In this document: positions 53,578 to 63,907 of the stretch, one piece after another
Position numbering within the stretch: the first letter of the stretch is position 1
Layout: every line of letters starts with the position of its first letter
Origin: Phycisphaerales bacterium
Lineage (GTDB): Bacteria; Planctomycetota; UBA1135; UBA2386
Assembly (NCBI GenBank): GCA_020247305.1
Contig: JADCJE010000008.1
Coordinates: 157,016-221,015 of the forward strand
Reading direction: 5' to 3'
Length of the DNA: 64,000 bases
Made by a program: the position numbers and the translations under genes
Notes under the pieces: model-generated
Databases searched by the model: none
What the model was told of the DNA's origin: nothing
What the model saw: the letters and a program-made list of their open reading frames with translations, nothing else

Positions 53578-54747
53578 TTGTCGAACCACCGCACCGTGAG
53601 AGCCAGCTACCTCGTCTTCGGCCAGCCGAAGATCGAACAAGCCGAGATCGAAGAGGTCCTCGCCTGCCTGCGCAGCGCGTGGCTCGGCACCGGTCCGAAG
53701 GCCGCCGAGTTCGAACGCCGCGTCGCCGCCTACAAGGGCGTGCCGTACGCCGTGGGACTCAACTCCTGCACGGCCGGCCTCCACCTCGCCTGCGTCGTGC
53801 TCGGGCTGCAGCCCGGGGACGAGGTCATCACCACGCCGATGACCTTCTGCGCGACGGTCAACGCCATCGTGCACGCCGGCGCAGTGCCGGTGCTCGCCGA
53901 CGTCGATCCGCGCACGATGAACATCGACCCGGCCGAGGTCCGCCGCCGCATCACGCCGCGCACGCGGGCGCTGCTGCCGGTGCACTTCGCCGGCCGGCCG
54001 TGCGACATGGACGCGCTGATGGCGATCGCGCGCGAGCACGGGCTCAAGGTCATCGAGGACTGCGCGCACGCAATCGAGACCGAGCACCGCGGCCGCAAGG
54101 CCGGCACGATCGGCGACCTCGGCGTGCTGTCGTTCTACTCGACCAAGAACATCGTCACCGGCGAGGGCGGCATGGTGCTGACGCGCGACGAGGGCCTCGC
54201 CCGCCGCGTCAAGCGCGCCGGCCTGCACGGCATGTCGGCCGACGCGTGGAAACGCTTCACCGACGACGGCTACAAGCACTACGACGTCGAGGAGATCGGC
54301 TTCAAGTACAACATGATGGACCTGCAGGCCGCGATCGGCATGCACCAGATCACGCGCGTCGAGGCCTACTGGCGGCGGCGGCAGGAGATCTGGCAGCGCT
54401 ACCTGCGCGAGTTCGCCGACCTGCCGCTCGAACTGCCGGCGCCGTGGTCGGCGCACGAGCGCCACGCGCTGCACCTGTTCACCGTGCTCGTCGACCCGGC
54501 CCGCTGCGGCGCCAGCCGCGACGACATGCTGATGCGCCTGCACCAGCGCAACATCGGCACCGGCGTGCACTACCGCTCGATTCCGAACATGACCGTGTAC
54601 CGGCAGCGCTTCGGCTGGAGGCCCGAGGACTTCCCGCACAGCCAGCGCATCGGCGACCAGACGCTGTCGCTGCCGATCTCGGCCAAGCTCAGCGACGACG
54701 ACGTCAGCGACGTGATCGCCGCGGTGCGCGACGCGATCGGGCGGTGA
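53578..54747 (+). CDS. DegT/DnrJ/EryC1/StrS-family PLP-dependent sugar aminotransferase
   Basis: TTG start. Motifs: TPMTFCATVNAI, SFYSTKNIVTGEGG (PLP Lys), GVHYRS. Confidence 0.9.
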   Translation: MSNHRTVRASYLVFGQPKIEQAEIEEVLACLRSAWLGTGPKAAEFERRVAAYKGVPYAVGLNSCTAGLHLACVVLGLQPGDEVITTPMTFCATVNAIVHAGAVPVLADVDPRTMNIDPAEVRRRITPRTRALLPVHFAGRPCDMDALMAIAREHGLKVIEDCAHAIETEHRGRKAGTIGDLGVLSFYSTKNIVTGEGGMVLTRDEGLARRVKRAGLHGMSADAWKRFTDDGYKHYDVEEIGFKYNMMDLQAAIGMHQITRVEAYWRRRQEIWQRYLREFADLPLELPAPWSAHERHALHLFTVLVDPARCGASRDDMLMRLHQRNIGTGVHYRSIPNMTVYRQRFGWRPEDFPHSQRIGDQTLSLPISAKLSDDDVSDVIAAVRDAIGR

Positions 54748-54825
54748 GCGCGCAAGCGATCGGCCCGTAAACGAAGACGGGGCGCACCAGCGCCCCGCGA
54801 GGATGCCATCGACCGGACCCGGCGA

Positions 54826-56091
<1,266 letters not shown>

Positions 56092-56348
56092 GGAACCCTC
56101 CAGGCCTCTTGGCGGACGGGACCGTGGGAGACCCGCACCGCCAACCACACGAAACAAGGGACGATGCCGACGCGCCGCAGACATGCGCCTGGATCGGTCT
56201 GTGGAGTGTTCTCCACAAGCCGGGGGCAGGCAAGACCGGAATGCCTACGTAACCGCCTCGACAGACACCGTCTTAGCGATCGTTCGCGCCGGCGCAAGCG
56301 CACGTCCAAAAGTTTTTCACAACGGCGCAAAGACCCCTGCGCCAGCGA

Positions 56349-57200
56349 TCAATGGGCGGGCGGCGGCGGCGCGCTCGCCGGCGCAATCGCAGCGACCTCG
56401 CCGTCGCAGCGACCGTCGGTTTGGTAGCGGCGAACGACCTCCCCCGCGCGGTCGAGGACGTAGAGGCGGTCCTCCCGGTCGACCGCGAGTGCCAACGCAT
56501 CGCTTGCGGCCCCCTCGAGGTCCCCCGCCAGCGGCAACTCCGCCCCCGCGCTCGTCACGTGGCACACGCGACCGCTGGCGATGCACCACAGCGAACCGTC
56601 GCGGGCCCGCGCGACGGCCGTCGGCGGCCCCGCCGCGACCGGCACGGCCCGCAGGTAGGTGCCGTCGCCGCGGAAGATCGCCAACTCGCCGCGAAGGGTG
56701 TCCGCGACGAGGATGCCCGCCGCATCCGCCGCCAGCGCGCGCGGCGCGCTCCACGCCACGGCGGCATCGCCGCGGCAGCGCAGCGGCCGCAGCACCGTGC
56801 CCTTCGGCGTGAAGCGCTGCACGCCGCAACGGCGCGGTTGTTCGCCGGCCGCGACGACGACGACGTCGCCGCGCACGGCCACGGCGTGCGGCCGATCGAG
56901 CACGCCGACGCGATCGCGCCCGGCGTCGCCGCGCGCCGGCGCGGGCGCGCCGTAGCTGCGCACGAGGCGACCGAATGGGTCGAACTGCAGCACGCGGTCG
57001 TTGCATGGGTCAGCGACGTAGACGTGGTATCGTCCGTCGAGCGCCACGCCGGCGGCGTCGGACCAGCCCGACGGTCCATCGGGCAACTGCCACGACGCGA
57101 GCGGCCGCCGTGCGGCGACATCGACGAGGAACACATGCCCTTTCGCCGCGCTCCACGCGATCGCCACCATGTCGCCGCGCACCGCGATGCCACCGCCCAT
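56349..57200 (-). CDS. NHL-repeat beta-propeller protein
   Basis: NHL-like blades: HVYVADPCNDRVLQFDPFGRLV, GILVADTLRGELAIFRGDGTYL, RLYVLDRAGEVVRRYQTDG. No signal peptide is evident. The start is uncertain because it lies only 6 bp from the divergent lipoprotein start. Confidence 0.65.
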   Translation of the reverse strand: MGGGIAVRGDMVAIAWSAAKGHVFLVDVAARRPLASWQLPDGPSGWSDAAGVALDGRYHVYVADPCNDRVLQFDPFGRLVRSYGAPAPARGDAGRDRVGVLDRPHAVAVRGDVVVVAAGEQPRRCGVQRFTPKGTVLRPLRCRGDAAVAWSAPRALAADAAGILVADTLRGELAIFRGDGTYLRAVPVAAGPPTAVARARDGSLWCIASGRVCHVTSAGAELPLAGDLEGAASDALALAVDREDRLYVLDRAGEVVRRYQTDGRCDGEVAAIAPASAPPPPAH

Positions 57201-57206
57201 CGGCGC

Positions 57207-57566
57207 ATGCTAGCAACGGTCGCGCTGGCCGCGATCGCGGCGTCCGCCGGGTGCTCGCACCTGCCGGTCGAACCGGCGATCGGCCACTGCGACCACGACG
57301 TCACCGCGGAGTTCGTGGTCGCCGCCGACGGGCGCCTCGGCCTGCCGACCAGCGACCGCCGGCTGCGCATCGACGCGCTCGAACTCGCGCCCGCGCCGGC
57401 GGACGAACGCTTCGACGACGGCGGCCGGTGGTTCCCGTACGCGCCGGGCACGCGCGTGGCCGTGCGCATGCGCTTTCGCGCGTTCGCCGTCGACGGCGCC
57501 GCGCCGTGCCCGCCCGAACGCGCGCTGCCCGGCGCGCTGCGCGTACGACCGACGTCACCGCCGTGA
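57207..57566 (+). CDS. hypothetical small lipoprotein
   Basis: Tail of ORF 56352..57566 from MLATVALAAIAASAGCSH (lipobox SAGC). 119 aa. Confidence 0.5.
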   Translation: MLATVALAAIAASAGCSHLPVEPAIGHCDHDVTAEFVVAADGRLGLPTSDRRLRIDALELAPAPADERFDDGGRWFPYAPGTRVAVRMRFRAFAVDGAAPCPPERALPGALRVRPTSPP

Positions 57567-57621
57567 CGGCGCGCCCACGGCGCGGTGGCGACGCCGCGCC
57601 TGCGGGCTACAGTCCGGCGCG

Positions 57622-58545
57622 ATGACGGCGCCCGAAGGCAACGAACCGCGCACGGTGCACGATCCGACGACGGGCCGACCCATCCTGCTGGCGCCGCGCC
57701 GCCAGCAACGGCCGATGCACACTGGCCCGCAGGCGCACGCCGGTGAGTGCCCGTTCTGCCAAGGCCAGGAAGCCCAGACCCCGCCCGAGGTCGGCGCCGT
57801 GCGCGACGCCGGGACCACCGCCGACGCGCCGGGTTGGCGCGCGCGCGCGTTCCCCAACAAGTATCCGGCCAACCACCACCACGAGGTGATCGCCGAGGGC
57901 CGTGCGCACCGCGAACAGCCGTGCGAACTGTCGGTCGCCGAGTGGCGCGCGAGCCTCGCGCTGTGCCGCGACCGCATCGCCGCGATCGAAGCCCGGCCCG
58001 GCGTCGCCTGCGCCTTCCTGTTCAAGAACGTCGGCGCGCTCGCCGGCGCGTCGATCGCGCACAACCACAGCCAGGTGCTCGGCCTGCACGCCCTGCCGCC
58101 GCGCCTGCAGCTCGAATTGCAGCAGGCGCAGGCGCTCGCGCAGTGTCCGTGGTGCGCGACGCTGGCGAACGCCGCAGCGGACGGCCGCCTCGTGCACCGC
58201 AGCGCCCAGCACGCCGTGATCGCGCCCGAGCCGCCGAAGCTGCCGCACGAGACGTGGCTGCTGCCGACGCACTGCGACGACGACTTCCTGACCACCGACC
58301 TCGACTCGCTGGCCGCCGCGCTGCACGCGCTGTTCACCGCGGTGGCGCACGGCCTCGGCCGGCCGGCGTTCAACCTGTGGTTGCACCGCGTGCCCGGCGC
58401 ACGGTTCCACTGGCACTTCGAACTGCAGCCGCGCACCGGCCAGCTCGCCGGCCTCGAACTCGGCGGCGACATGTACATCAACGCGCTGCCGGCGACGACA
58501 TCGGCGGCGAAGCTGCGCGCCGGCCTCGCCGCCGCGCGCGCCTGA
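57622..58545 (+). CDS. GalT-family (HIT superfamily branch III) nucleotidyltransferase/phosphorylase
   Basis: CPFCQG zinc-knuckle, FPNKYPA, active-site HNHSQV (HxHxQ). 307 aa. Confidence 0.8.
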   Translation: MTAPEGNEPRTVHDPTTGRPILLAPRRQQRPMHTGPQAHAGECPFCQGQEAQTPPEVGAVRDAGTTADAPGWRARAFPNKYPANHHHEVIAEGRAHREQPCELSVAEWRASLALCRDRIAAIEARPGVACAFLFKNVGALAGASIAHNHSQVLGLHALPPRLQLELQQAQALAQCPWCATLANAAADGRLVHRSAQHAVIAPEPPKLPHETWLLPTHCDDDFLTTDLDSLAAALHALFTAVAHGLGRPAFNLWLHRVPGARFHWHFELQPRTGQLAGLELGGDMYINALPATTSAAKLRAGLAAARA

Positions 58546-58584
58546 CCGACGCGGACTTGCGCCCTGCGCGCCGCCGCGCTCAGT

Positions 58585-59040
58585 TTGCCAGCGGGAATGA
58601 GTCCTCCATGCACAGGTGGCGCCACGCGCGGCCGCGCGGCAGTTCAGGCCGTCGGCCTCGCCGCGATCCTCGCCGCAGCCGCAACGGCGCACGTCGGCGC
58701 CGACGCCGCGCGCTGGTTCGGCGTGCGCGGCCCGCGCTGCCTCGCCGGCGCCTGCCTCGATCCGATCGGCTGCCCCGCCTGCGGCCTCGTGCGCAGCGTC
58801 GCCAGCGCCGTGCAGGGCGACCTCGCGGCGGCCTGCCGCTTCCATCCCGGCGGCGCCCTGTGCGCTGCCGCGCTGTTCGCCGGCTTCGTCGCCGCCGCGA
58901 GCCGCGCTGGCCGCCGCCGCCCGCTGCCCTGGTCGCAGCCGCTCGCGACCGTCGCGCGCCGCGCCTTCGTCGCCGCCATCGTGCTCGGCTGGCTGGTCCG
59001 TATCGCGTTGCACGCGACACCCCTGATCCACGCTCCATGA
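58585..59040 (+). CDS. DUF2752-family membrane protein
   Basis: CLDPIGCPACGLVRSVASAVQGDLAAACRFHPGG matches the DUF2752 C-x-x-x-x-CPxCG-x-R ... NP/HP pattern and is flanked by TM helices. Confidence 0.7.
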   Translation: MPAGMSPPCTGGATRGRAAVQAVGLAAILAAAATAHVGADAARWFGVRGPRCLAGACLDPIGCPACGLVRSVASAVQGDLAAACRFHPGGALCAAALFAGFVAAASRAGRRRPLPWSQPLATVARRAFVAAIVLGWLVRIALHATPLIHAP

Positions 59041-59615
59041 CCTCGATGCTCGCCCAAGGTGACGGCGTCCGCGTCGTCCAGTTCGTCATCGCCCTGGCGT
59101 TCGGCATCGTCTCGGCGGTGATCGCCAACGGCCGCGGCCGCAGCGCCGCAGCCTGGTTCTTCCTCGGCTTCATCTTCTCGTGCTTCGGCCTGATCCTGCT
59201 GCTGTGCCTGCCGGACCTGAAGGCGCAGCAGGAACGCGAAGACCAGCTGCGGCAGGAGAACCGTCGCCTCAGCGAACGGATCGCCAAGGACCGCATGGTC
59301 GCCGACGCGCGGCACAACCAGGTGGCGCAGCGCCTGGGCGCGCACGACCAGGCGCTCGGGCTCGACACCGGGGCGACGGCGCAGGTGGCCGACGCGCCGC
59401 CGCCGCTGGCGCCGCCGCGCTTGGCCGCCGACGCCACCGCCAGCCGCTGGTTCTACGCACGGGACGGCCAGCGCCAAGGCCCCGTGAGCAGCGAGACCAT
59501 CCGCCACCTGCGCGCCGCCAACGGCATCACGGGCGAGTCGCTCGTCTGGCGCCAGGGCATGGTCGATTGGACGCCCCTGCAGGACGTGCCGGAACTCGCC
59601 GGAGACGACGCATGA
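59037..59615 (+). CDS. membrane protein with coiled-coil and C-terminal GYF_2 (DUF4339) domain
   Basis: Tail of ORF 57747..59615 from MTSMLAQG. Two TM helices are followed by the charged helix DLKAQQEREDQLRQENRRLSERIAKDR. The C-terminus WFYARDGQRQGPVSSETIRHLRAANGITGESLVWRQGMVDWTPLQDVPEL is the GYF_2 pattern. The ATG overlaps the upstream stop. Confidence 0.7.
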   Translation: MTSMLAQGDGVRVVQFVIALAFGIVSAVIANGRGRSAAAWFFLGFIFSCFGLILLLCLPDLKAQQEREDQLRQENRRLSERIAKDRMVADARHNQVAQRLGAHDQALGLDTGATAQVADAPPPLAPPRLAADATASRWFYARDGQRQGPVSSETIRHLRAANGITGESLVWRQGMVDWTPLQDVPELAGDDA

Positions 59616-60517
59616 ACACGACCGAACCACCGCCGGAAGGCCCGCCGGTTGCGATCGAATGGGGCGGCATCGTCGAAGGGCGCGTGGCGGCGGCCAACGA
59701 CGTGCTGGCCGCCGCGGCGGCGATGTCGGCGTGCGGCGGCGGCGCCTTCGCGTGCGACGTGCAGGGCGGCCGCTTCTCGCTGATCTCGCGTGTGACCAAC
59801 GTCGCTGGCGGCGACTTCGACGTCGATGCGCAGGCGCGGTTCCTGGCGGCGCTGGCGCGATTGCTCGCCGCAGCGCAGCCGAACTCGGTCGAGTCGACGC
59901 TGCGCAACCGGATGCTCTACGGCGATCGCGTCGCCGAGACGCTGTTCACGGTGCGGGGCGCGGCGATCGAACCGGTGACGCGCGTGCGGCCGCGCCAACC
60001 CGGCGACGGCGCCGGCCCGACGGACGCCGCCGCCCGGCCCGCCGTCGGCCGGCGCGAACTGCTGCTGCTGGCGCCGCTGCTGCTCGGCGCGGGCGGCATC
60101 CTCGCGTGGCAGAACGGGCTGTTCGACCGCATCCTGGCGGCGCGCGCCGACAAGCTGGCGCTCGACACCGGTCCCTTCGGGGCGCTGCTGCAAGTGGCGA
60201 TCGAGCCCGTGTTCGGCGGCTACGAACTGCGCGTGCGGCGCGGCCCCGACTATCCGCAGGACCCGGCCGCGCTCGGCCGCCTGCGCGACGGCGCGACGTC
60301 GCTGGTGGCGCGCGCCGCGTGCGACGCCGTCGGGGACGGCGGCAAGGCGTGGGCGCAAGTGCTCGGCGACGCAGCGCGCGTGCGCTCGGCGACGGCGTTC
60401 GAGTTGCGCGAGTTGCTGGCGCGCCCCGACGGCGCGGTCGTGGTGCGCGTGCCGGGAGCGATCGACGCGGCGACCATCCGCCTGTCGCTCACCAAGGACG
60501 AGCCAGCCCCCCGATGA
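59612..60517 (+). CDS. hypothetical protein with one central TM helix
   Basis: Tail of ORF 59180..60517 from MNTTEPPPEG. It has a central helix RRELLLLAPLLLGAGGILAWQ and ATGA overlaps at both ends. I recognise no motif. Confidence 0.55.
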   Translation: MNTTEPPPEGPPVAIEWGGIVEGRVAAANDVLAAAAAMSACGGGAFACDVQGGRFSLISRVTNVAGGDFDVDAQARFLAALARLLAAAQPNSVESTLRNRMLYGDRVAETLFTVRGAAIEPVTRVRPRQPGDGAGPTDAAARPAVGRRELLLLAPLLLGAGGILAWQNGLFDRILAARADKLALDTGPFGALLQVAIEPVFGGYELRVRRGPDYPQDPAALGRLRDGATSLVARAACDAVGDGGKAWAQVLGDAARVRSATAFELRELLARPDGAVVVRVPGAIDAATIRLSLTKDEPAPR

Positions 60518-61566
60518 GCGCGGACGACGGCCACGACCCAGCACCCGCCGACGTCGACAACGCCGACGACGGCGCGCGCACGTGGCCGCGCGGCCGGCCG
60601 CTGGCGGCGGACGAAGCGCTCGCGGCGACGTGCGAGGGGTGCGGCGCGCCGTGGCGCGTACACCAGAGCATGGCCGGCTTCCGGCTGCGCTGCGACTGCG
60701 GCGGCTGGGTCGCCGTCGCCGGCGTCCGACGCGACGACGGCCCGAAGTCGCTCGCCGACGCGCGCCCGCCCGCGCTGCGCGCCGGCGACGACGACGCGGC
60801 GCGCCTGCAAACGATGCAGCCGGCCGCCGGCGGCCTGCTGCGTCCTCCGGTGGCCATCGGCGAGGTCTATGACGCCCCCATCCCGACCTCCTTGCCGATG
60901 GCGCCCGGAGCGCTGCAGTCGGGCCGGGTCGAATGGCGCGCGCGCTGGACCAACGTCGCGCTGCTGGAGGTGACGGCGGTGCTGGCAGCGATCCTGCTGC
61001 CGCAGATCGCGGTGTTCGCCTTCGCTTCGGGGCGCGAGGCCGTGCTGTTGCTGCCGTTCGCGAGCATGGTCGGCGGCGTCGGCGTGCTGGCGATCGCGGC
61101 CTGGTCGGGTCCGTACGGCAAGATCGGCATGCGCCGGCCGGCGTGGCGCCACGTCGTCGAGGCGCTGGTGGCGCCGCTGCTGGGCCTCGCCTACGCGGCG
61201 GCGTGGCGGCGCCTGCTGCTGCAGGCCATGCCGCGCCTGGCCGACGAATCGCCGGAAGGCGAACTGACGACGCGCCTTGGCCTCGGCCTCGCGATCTTCA
61301 CCATGGCCGTGGTGCCCGCGATCGTCGAAGAGGTCGCCTTCCGCGGCATGCTCCAGGGCCGCCTGATGGCCTTGCTCGGCGCCACGCAAGGCCTCGTCGT
61401 GACGGCCATGGCCTTCACGCTCGTGCACATGTCGCCGGCGACGCTGCCGATCCACCTGGCGCTCGGGCTGTACCTCGGCTGGCTGCGCGAGCGCAGTGGC
61501 AGCCTGTGGCCCGGCATCTTCGTGCACTTCGCCTACAACACGCTGGTCCTCTGCTGGCTGCGCTGA
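60514..61566 (+). CDS. CPBP-family (CAAX/Abi) intramembrane glutamic protease with N-terminal zinc-ribbon-like segment
   Basis: Tail of ORF 59659..61566 from MSADDGHD. It has CEGCGAPW...RLRCDCGGW (CxxC...CxC), multi-TM, catalytic motif VPAIVEEVAFRG, and later FTLVHM and FVHFAYN. Confidence 0.8.
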   Translation: MSADDGHDPAPADVDNADDGARTWPRGRPLAADEALAATCEGCGAPWRVHQSMAGFRLRCDCGGWVAVAGVRRDDGPKSLADARPPALRAGDDDAARLQTMQPAAGGLLRPPVAIGEVYDAPIPTSLPMAPGALQSGRVEWRARWTNVALLEVTAVLAAILLPQIAVFAFASGREAVLLLPFASMVGGVGVLAIAAWSGPYGKIGMRRPAWRHVVEALVAPLLGLAYAAAWRRLLLQAMPRLADESPEGELTTRLGLGLAIFTMAVVPAIVEEVAFRGMLQGRLMALLGATQGLVVTAMAFTLVHMSPATLPIHLALGLYLGWLRERSGSLWPGIFVHFAYNTLVLCWLR

Positions 61567-61570
61567 GCGT

Positions 61571-61612
61571 GCCGGCTGCACGATGTTTGCCGGCTGCGCG
61601 GTGTTCGCCGGC
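61571..61612. repeat. imperfect 18-bp tandem repeat (gccggctgcacgatgttt / gccggctgcgcggtgttc / gccggc...)
   Basis: Read directly, 5 nt after the CPBP stop. There are two full copies with three transitions plus a partial third copy. Confidence 0.8.
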
Positions 61613-61645
61613 AACCGGCAACTGGCGCGCCCCCGCGATGCGCGC

Positions 61646-62131
61646 TCAGCCGTCGCCGGCCGCAGGGGGCGGCGGCGCTTCCACCGGCGAGTAGAACACC
61701 AGCCGGTAGCCGTCGAGGTCGGCGACCTGCAGTTCGCGCAGGCCGTAGAACTGCGTCTTCGGCGCCAGCAGGGCCTTGGTGCGCCGCTTCTTGAGCTTGC
61801 GCGCGAAGGCGTCGACGTCGGCGACGGCGACGTACACCGACGCGCCGACGCCGAGCGGGCCGCGGGCGAAAGCGCGCGCGTCCTGCTTGAGCACCTCGAT
61901 CTCCTCCTGGTCCATGCCGAACTGCCGCGCCTCGACCAGCGACGGCAGTTCCGCCAGCGTCACCGACTGGCCTTCGAGCACGAGGCTCGCCCACACCGGC
62001 TTGTCGGCGGGATGGCGCTCGGCGAGCTGGAAGCCGAGCCGCTCCTCGTAGAAGCGGATCGCGCGCGGCACGCTCGCGACGGTGAGTTGGATGAAGCTCG
62101 GGTGGCGTTGCTTCTGCTTGCGTGCGGCCAT
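61646..62131 (-). CDS. VOC-family (glyoxalase/bleomycin-resistance fold) protein
   Basis: Tail of ORF 61646..63613 from MAARKQKQRHPSF. AIRFYEERLGFQL and FYGLRELQVADLDGYRLVF are typical VOC beta-alpha-beta-beta-beta elements. Confidence 0.8.
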   Translation of the reverse strand: MAARKQKQRHPSFIQLTVASVPRAIRFYEERLGFQLAERHPADKPVWASLVLEGQSVTLAELPSLVEARQFGMDQEEIEVLKQDARAFARGPLGVGASVYVAVADVDAFARKLKKRRTKALLAPKTQFYGLRELQVADLDGYRLVFYSPVEAPPPPAAGDG

Positions 62132-62269
62132 GGCGGGGAACGCGCATTGGAGCGCGCCGACGCGCGCGAGGAAAGGCCGTGCTGCATCGCGCATTCCCCG
62201 GACGCCGTCGTTGCGACCCTCCGCACGCCGTGCGACAGTTGCGCCGTCGACCCTCGTTTCGCTCCGCGC

Positions 62270-63892
62270 ATGACGAACCAGACCCAGCAGTCCCCCGCCC
62301 CGACGCAGCAGTGGGGCTCGCGCCTCGGCGTGATCCTCGCGGTCGCCGGCTCCGCCGTCGGCCTCGGCAACTTCCTGCGCTTCCCCGGCAACGCCGCGGA
62401 GAACGGCGGCGGCGCCTTCATGATCCCCTACTTCCTCGCCCTCGTGCTGCTCGGCATCCCGATCGGCTGGGCGGAGTGGGCGATGGGCCGCTACGGCGGC
62501 CGCAAGGGCTTCCACGGCGCGCCGGCGATCCTCGGCGTGTGGTGCAAGGGACCGGCCGGCCGCTACCTCGGCGTGCTCGGCGTGCTGATCCCGCTCGGCG
62601 TCTACTTCTACTACGTGCTGATCGAGAGCTGGTGCCTGTACTACGTCTTCCAGTACCTGGGCGGCGGCATCGGCATCGACCCGGCGGCGGCGGTCGAGGC
62701 GCAGGTGAAGACGACGCACGGCTTCTTCGCCGAGGTCACCGGAGCGAACGCCAACGGCGCGCTGTTGACGAACGGCGTGCACCCGATCGTCTGGACGTTC
62801 CTGGTCACGGCGGCGGCGAACGTGTGGTTCGTCTACCGCGGCCTGTCGAAGGGCATCGAGACGGTCTGCAAGTACGCGATGCCGGTGATGGCGATCCTCG
62901 GCCTCGTCATCCTGGCGCGCGTGCTGACGCTCGATCCGCCGGCCGGCACGACCGGCCAGACCGTCAGCGACGGGCTGGGCTTCCTGTGGAACCCGAACTT
63001 CGACAAGCTCGCCGACTTCAAGACGTGGCTGGCGGCCGCCGGCCAGATCTTCTTCAGCCTGTCGGTCGGCTTCGGCGTGATCATCAACTACGCCAGCTAC
63101 ATGAAGAAGAAGGACGACGTCGTGCTGTCGGGGCTCACGGCCTCGGCAACCAACGAGTTCTTCGAGGTCGTGCTCGGCGGCCTGATCACCATCACCGCGT
63201 CGGTCGTCTTCGTCGGCGTCGCGCTGACGATGCAGGGCACCGGCGGCACGATGAGCCTCGGCTTCAAGACGCTGCCGATGGTGTTCGCGCAGATGCCGGC
63301 CGGCAACCTGTTCGGCGCCGCGTTCTTCCTGATCCTGTTCCTCGCCGCGATCACCAGTTCGCTGTCGATGCTGCAGCCGACCAAGGCCTGGCTCGAGGAG
63401 AGCCTCGGCGTCGGCGCCAAGACGTCGACGACGATCGTCACGTTCTGGGGCCTGCTCGGCAACGCGTTCGTGCTGTGGCACAGCCGCAACCTGATCGCGC
63501 TCGACACGATCGACTTCTGGGTTGGCACGTTCTTCATCCTGGTCGTCGCCGCCGTGCAGATCATCGCCTTCGGCTGGATCTTCGGCGTCGACAAGGGCCT
63601 CGCCGAGGCCCACGAAGGCGCGACGATGCGCATCCCGCCGATCTTCCGCTTCGTCATCAAGTACGTCGCGCCGCTCTACCTCGGCGTCGTCATCGCCGGC
63701 TTCTGCGTGTTCAACCTGCCGGGCTACCTGACGACGCTGTTCGGCGACGGCGCCGACGCCGCCGACGCGCGGCTGACCTGGCTGTTCCTGCTGGCCACGA
63801 TCGCGGGCCTCGTCGCGGTCACCTACGTCGGCGCCGGCCGCATGCGCCGGCTCGGCATGGACATCGACGGCCGCCTGCCCGCCAAGGACTGA
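62270..63892 (+). CDS. neurotransmitter:sodium symporter (NSS/SNF, LeuT-like) family transporter
   Basis: Tail of ORF 61496..63892 from MTNQTQQ. Motifs: AVGLGNFLRFPGNAAENGGGAFMIPY (NSS signature), FFSLSVGFGVIINYASY. About 12 TM. Confidence 0.93.
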   Translation: MTNQTQQSPAPTQQWGSRLGVILAVAGSAVGLGNFLRFPGNAAENGGGAFMIPYFLALVLLGIPIGWAEWAMGRYGGRKGFHGAPAILGVWCKGPAGRYLGVLGVLIPLGVYFYYVLIESWCLYYVFQYLGGGIGIDPAAAVEAQVKTTHGFFAEVTGANANGALLTNGVHPIVWTFLVTAAANVWFVYRGLSKGIETVCKYAMPVMAILGLVILARVLTLDPPAGTTGQTVSDGLGFLWNPNFDKLADFKTWLAAAGQIFFSLSVGFGVIINYASYMKKKDDVVLSGLTASATNEFFEVVLGGLITITASVVFVGVALTMQGTGGTMSLGFKTLPMVFAQMPAGNLFGAAFFLILFLAAITSSLSMLQPTKAWLEESLGVGAKTSTTIVTFWGLLGNAFVLWHSRNLIALDTIDFWVGTFFILVVAAVQIIAFGWIFGVDKGLAEAHEGATMRIPPIFRFVIKYVAPLYLGVVIAGFCVFNLPGYLTTLFGDGADAADARLTWLFLLATIAGLVAVTYVGAGRMRRLGMDIDGRLPAKD

Positions 63893-63907
63893 ACGGAGCC
63901 CACCCCC

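Noticed and set aside
62132-62269. The leader of the NSS transporter, inspected for a glycine or amino-acid riboswitch
   Set aside because: No match by eye to the glycine riboswitch core (GGAGAG ... CACCG ... GGGCAA) or to a T-box specifier/terminator architecture.
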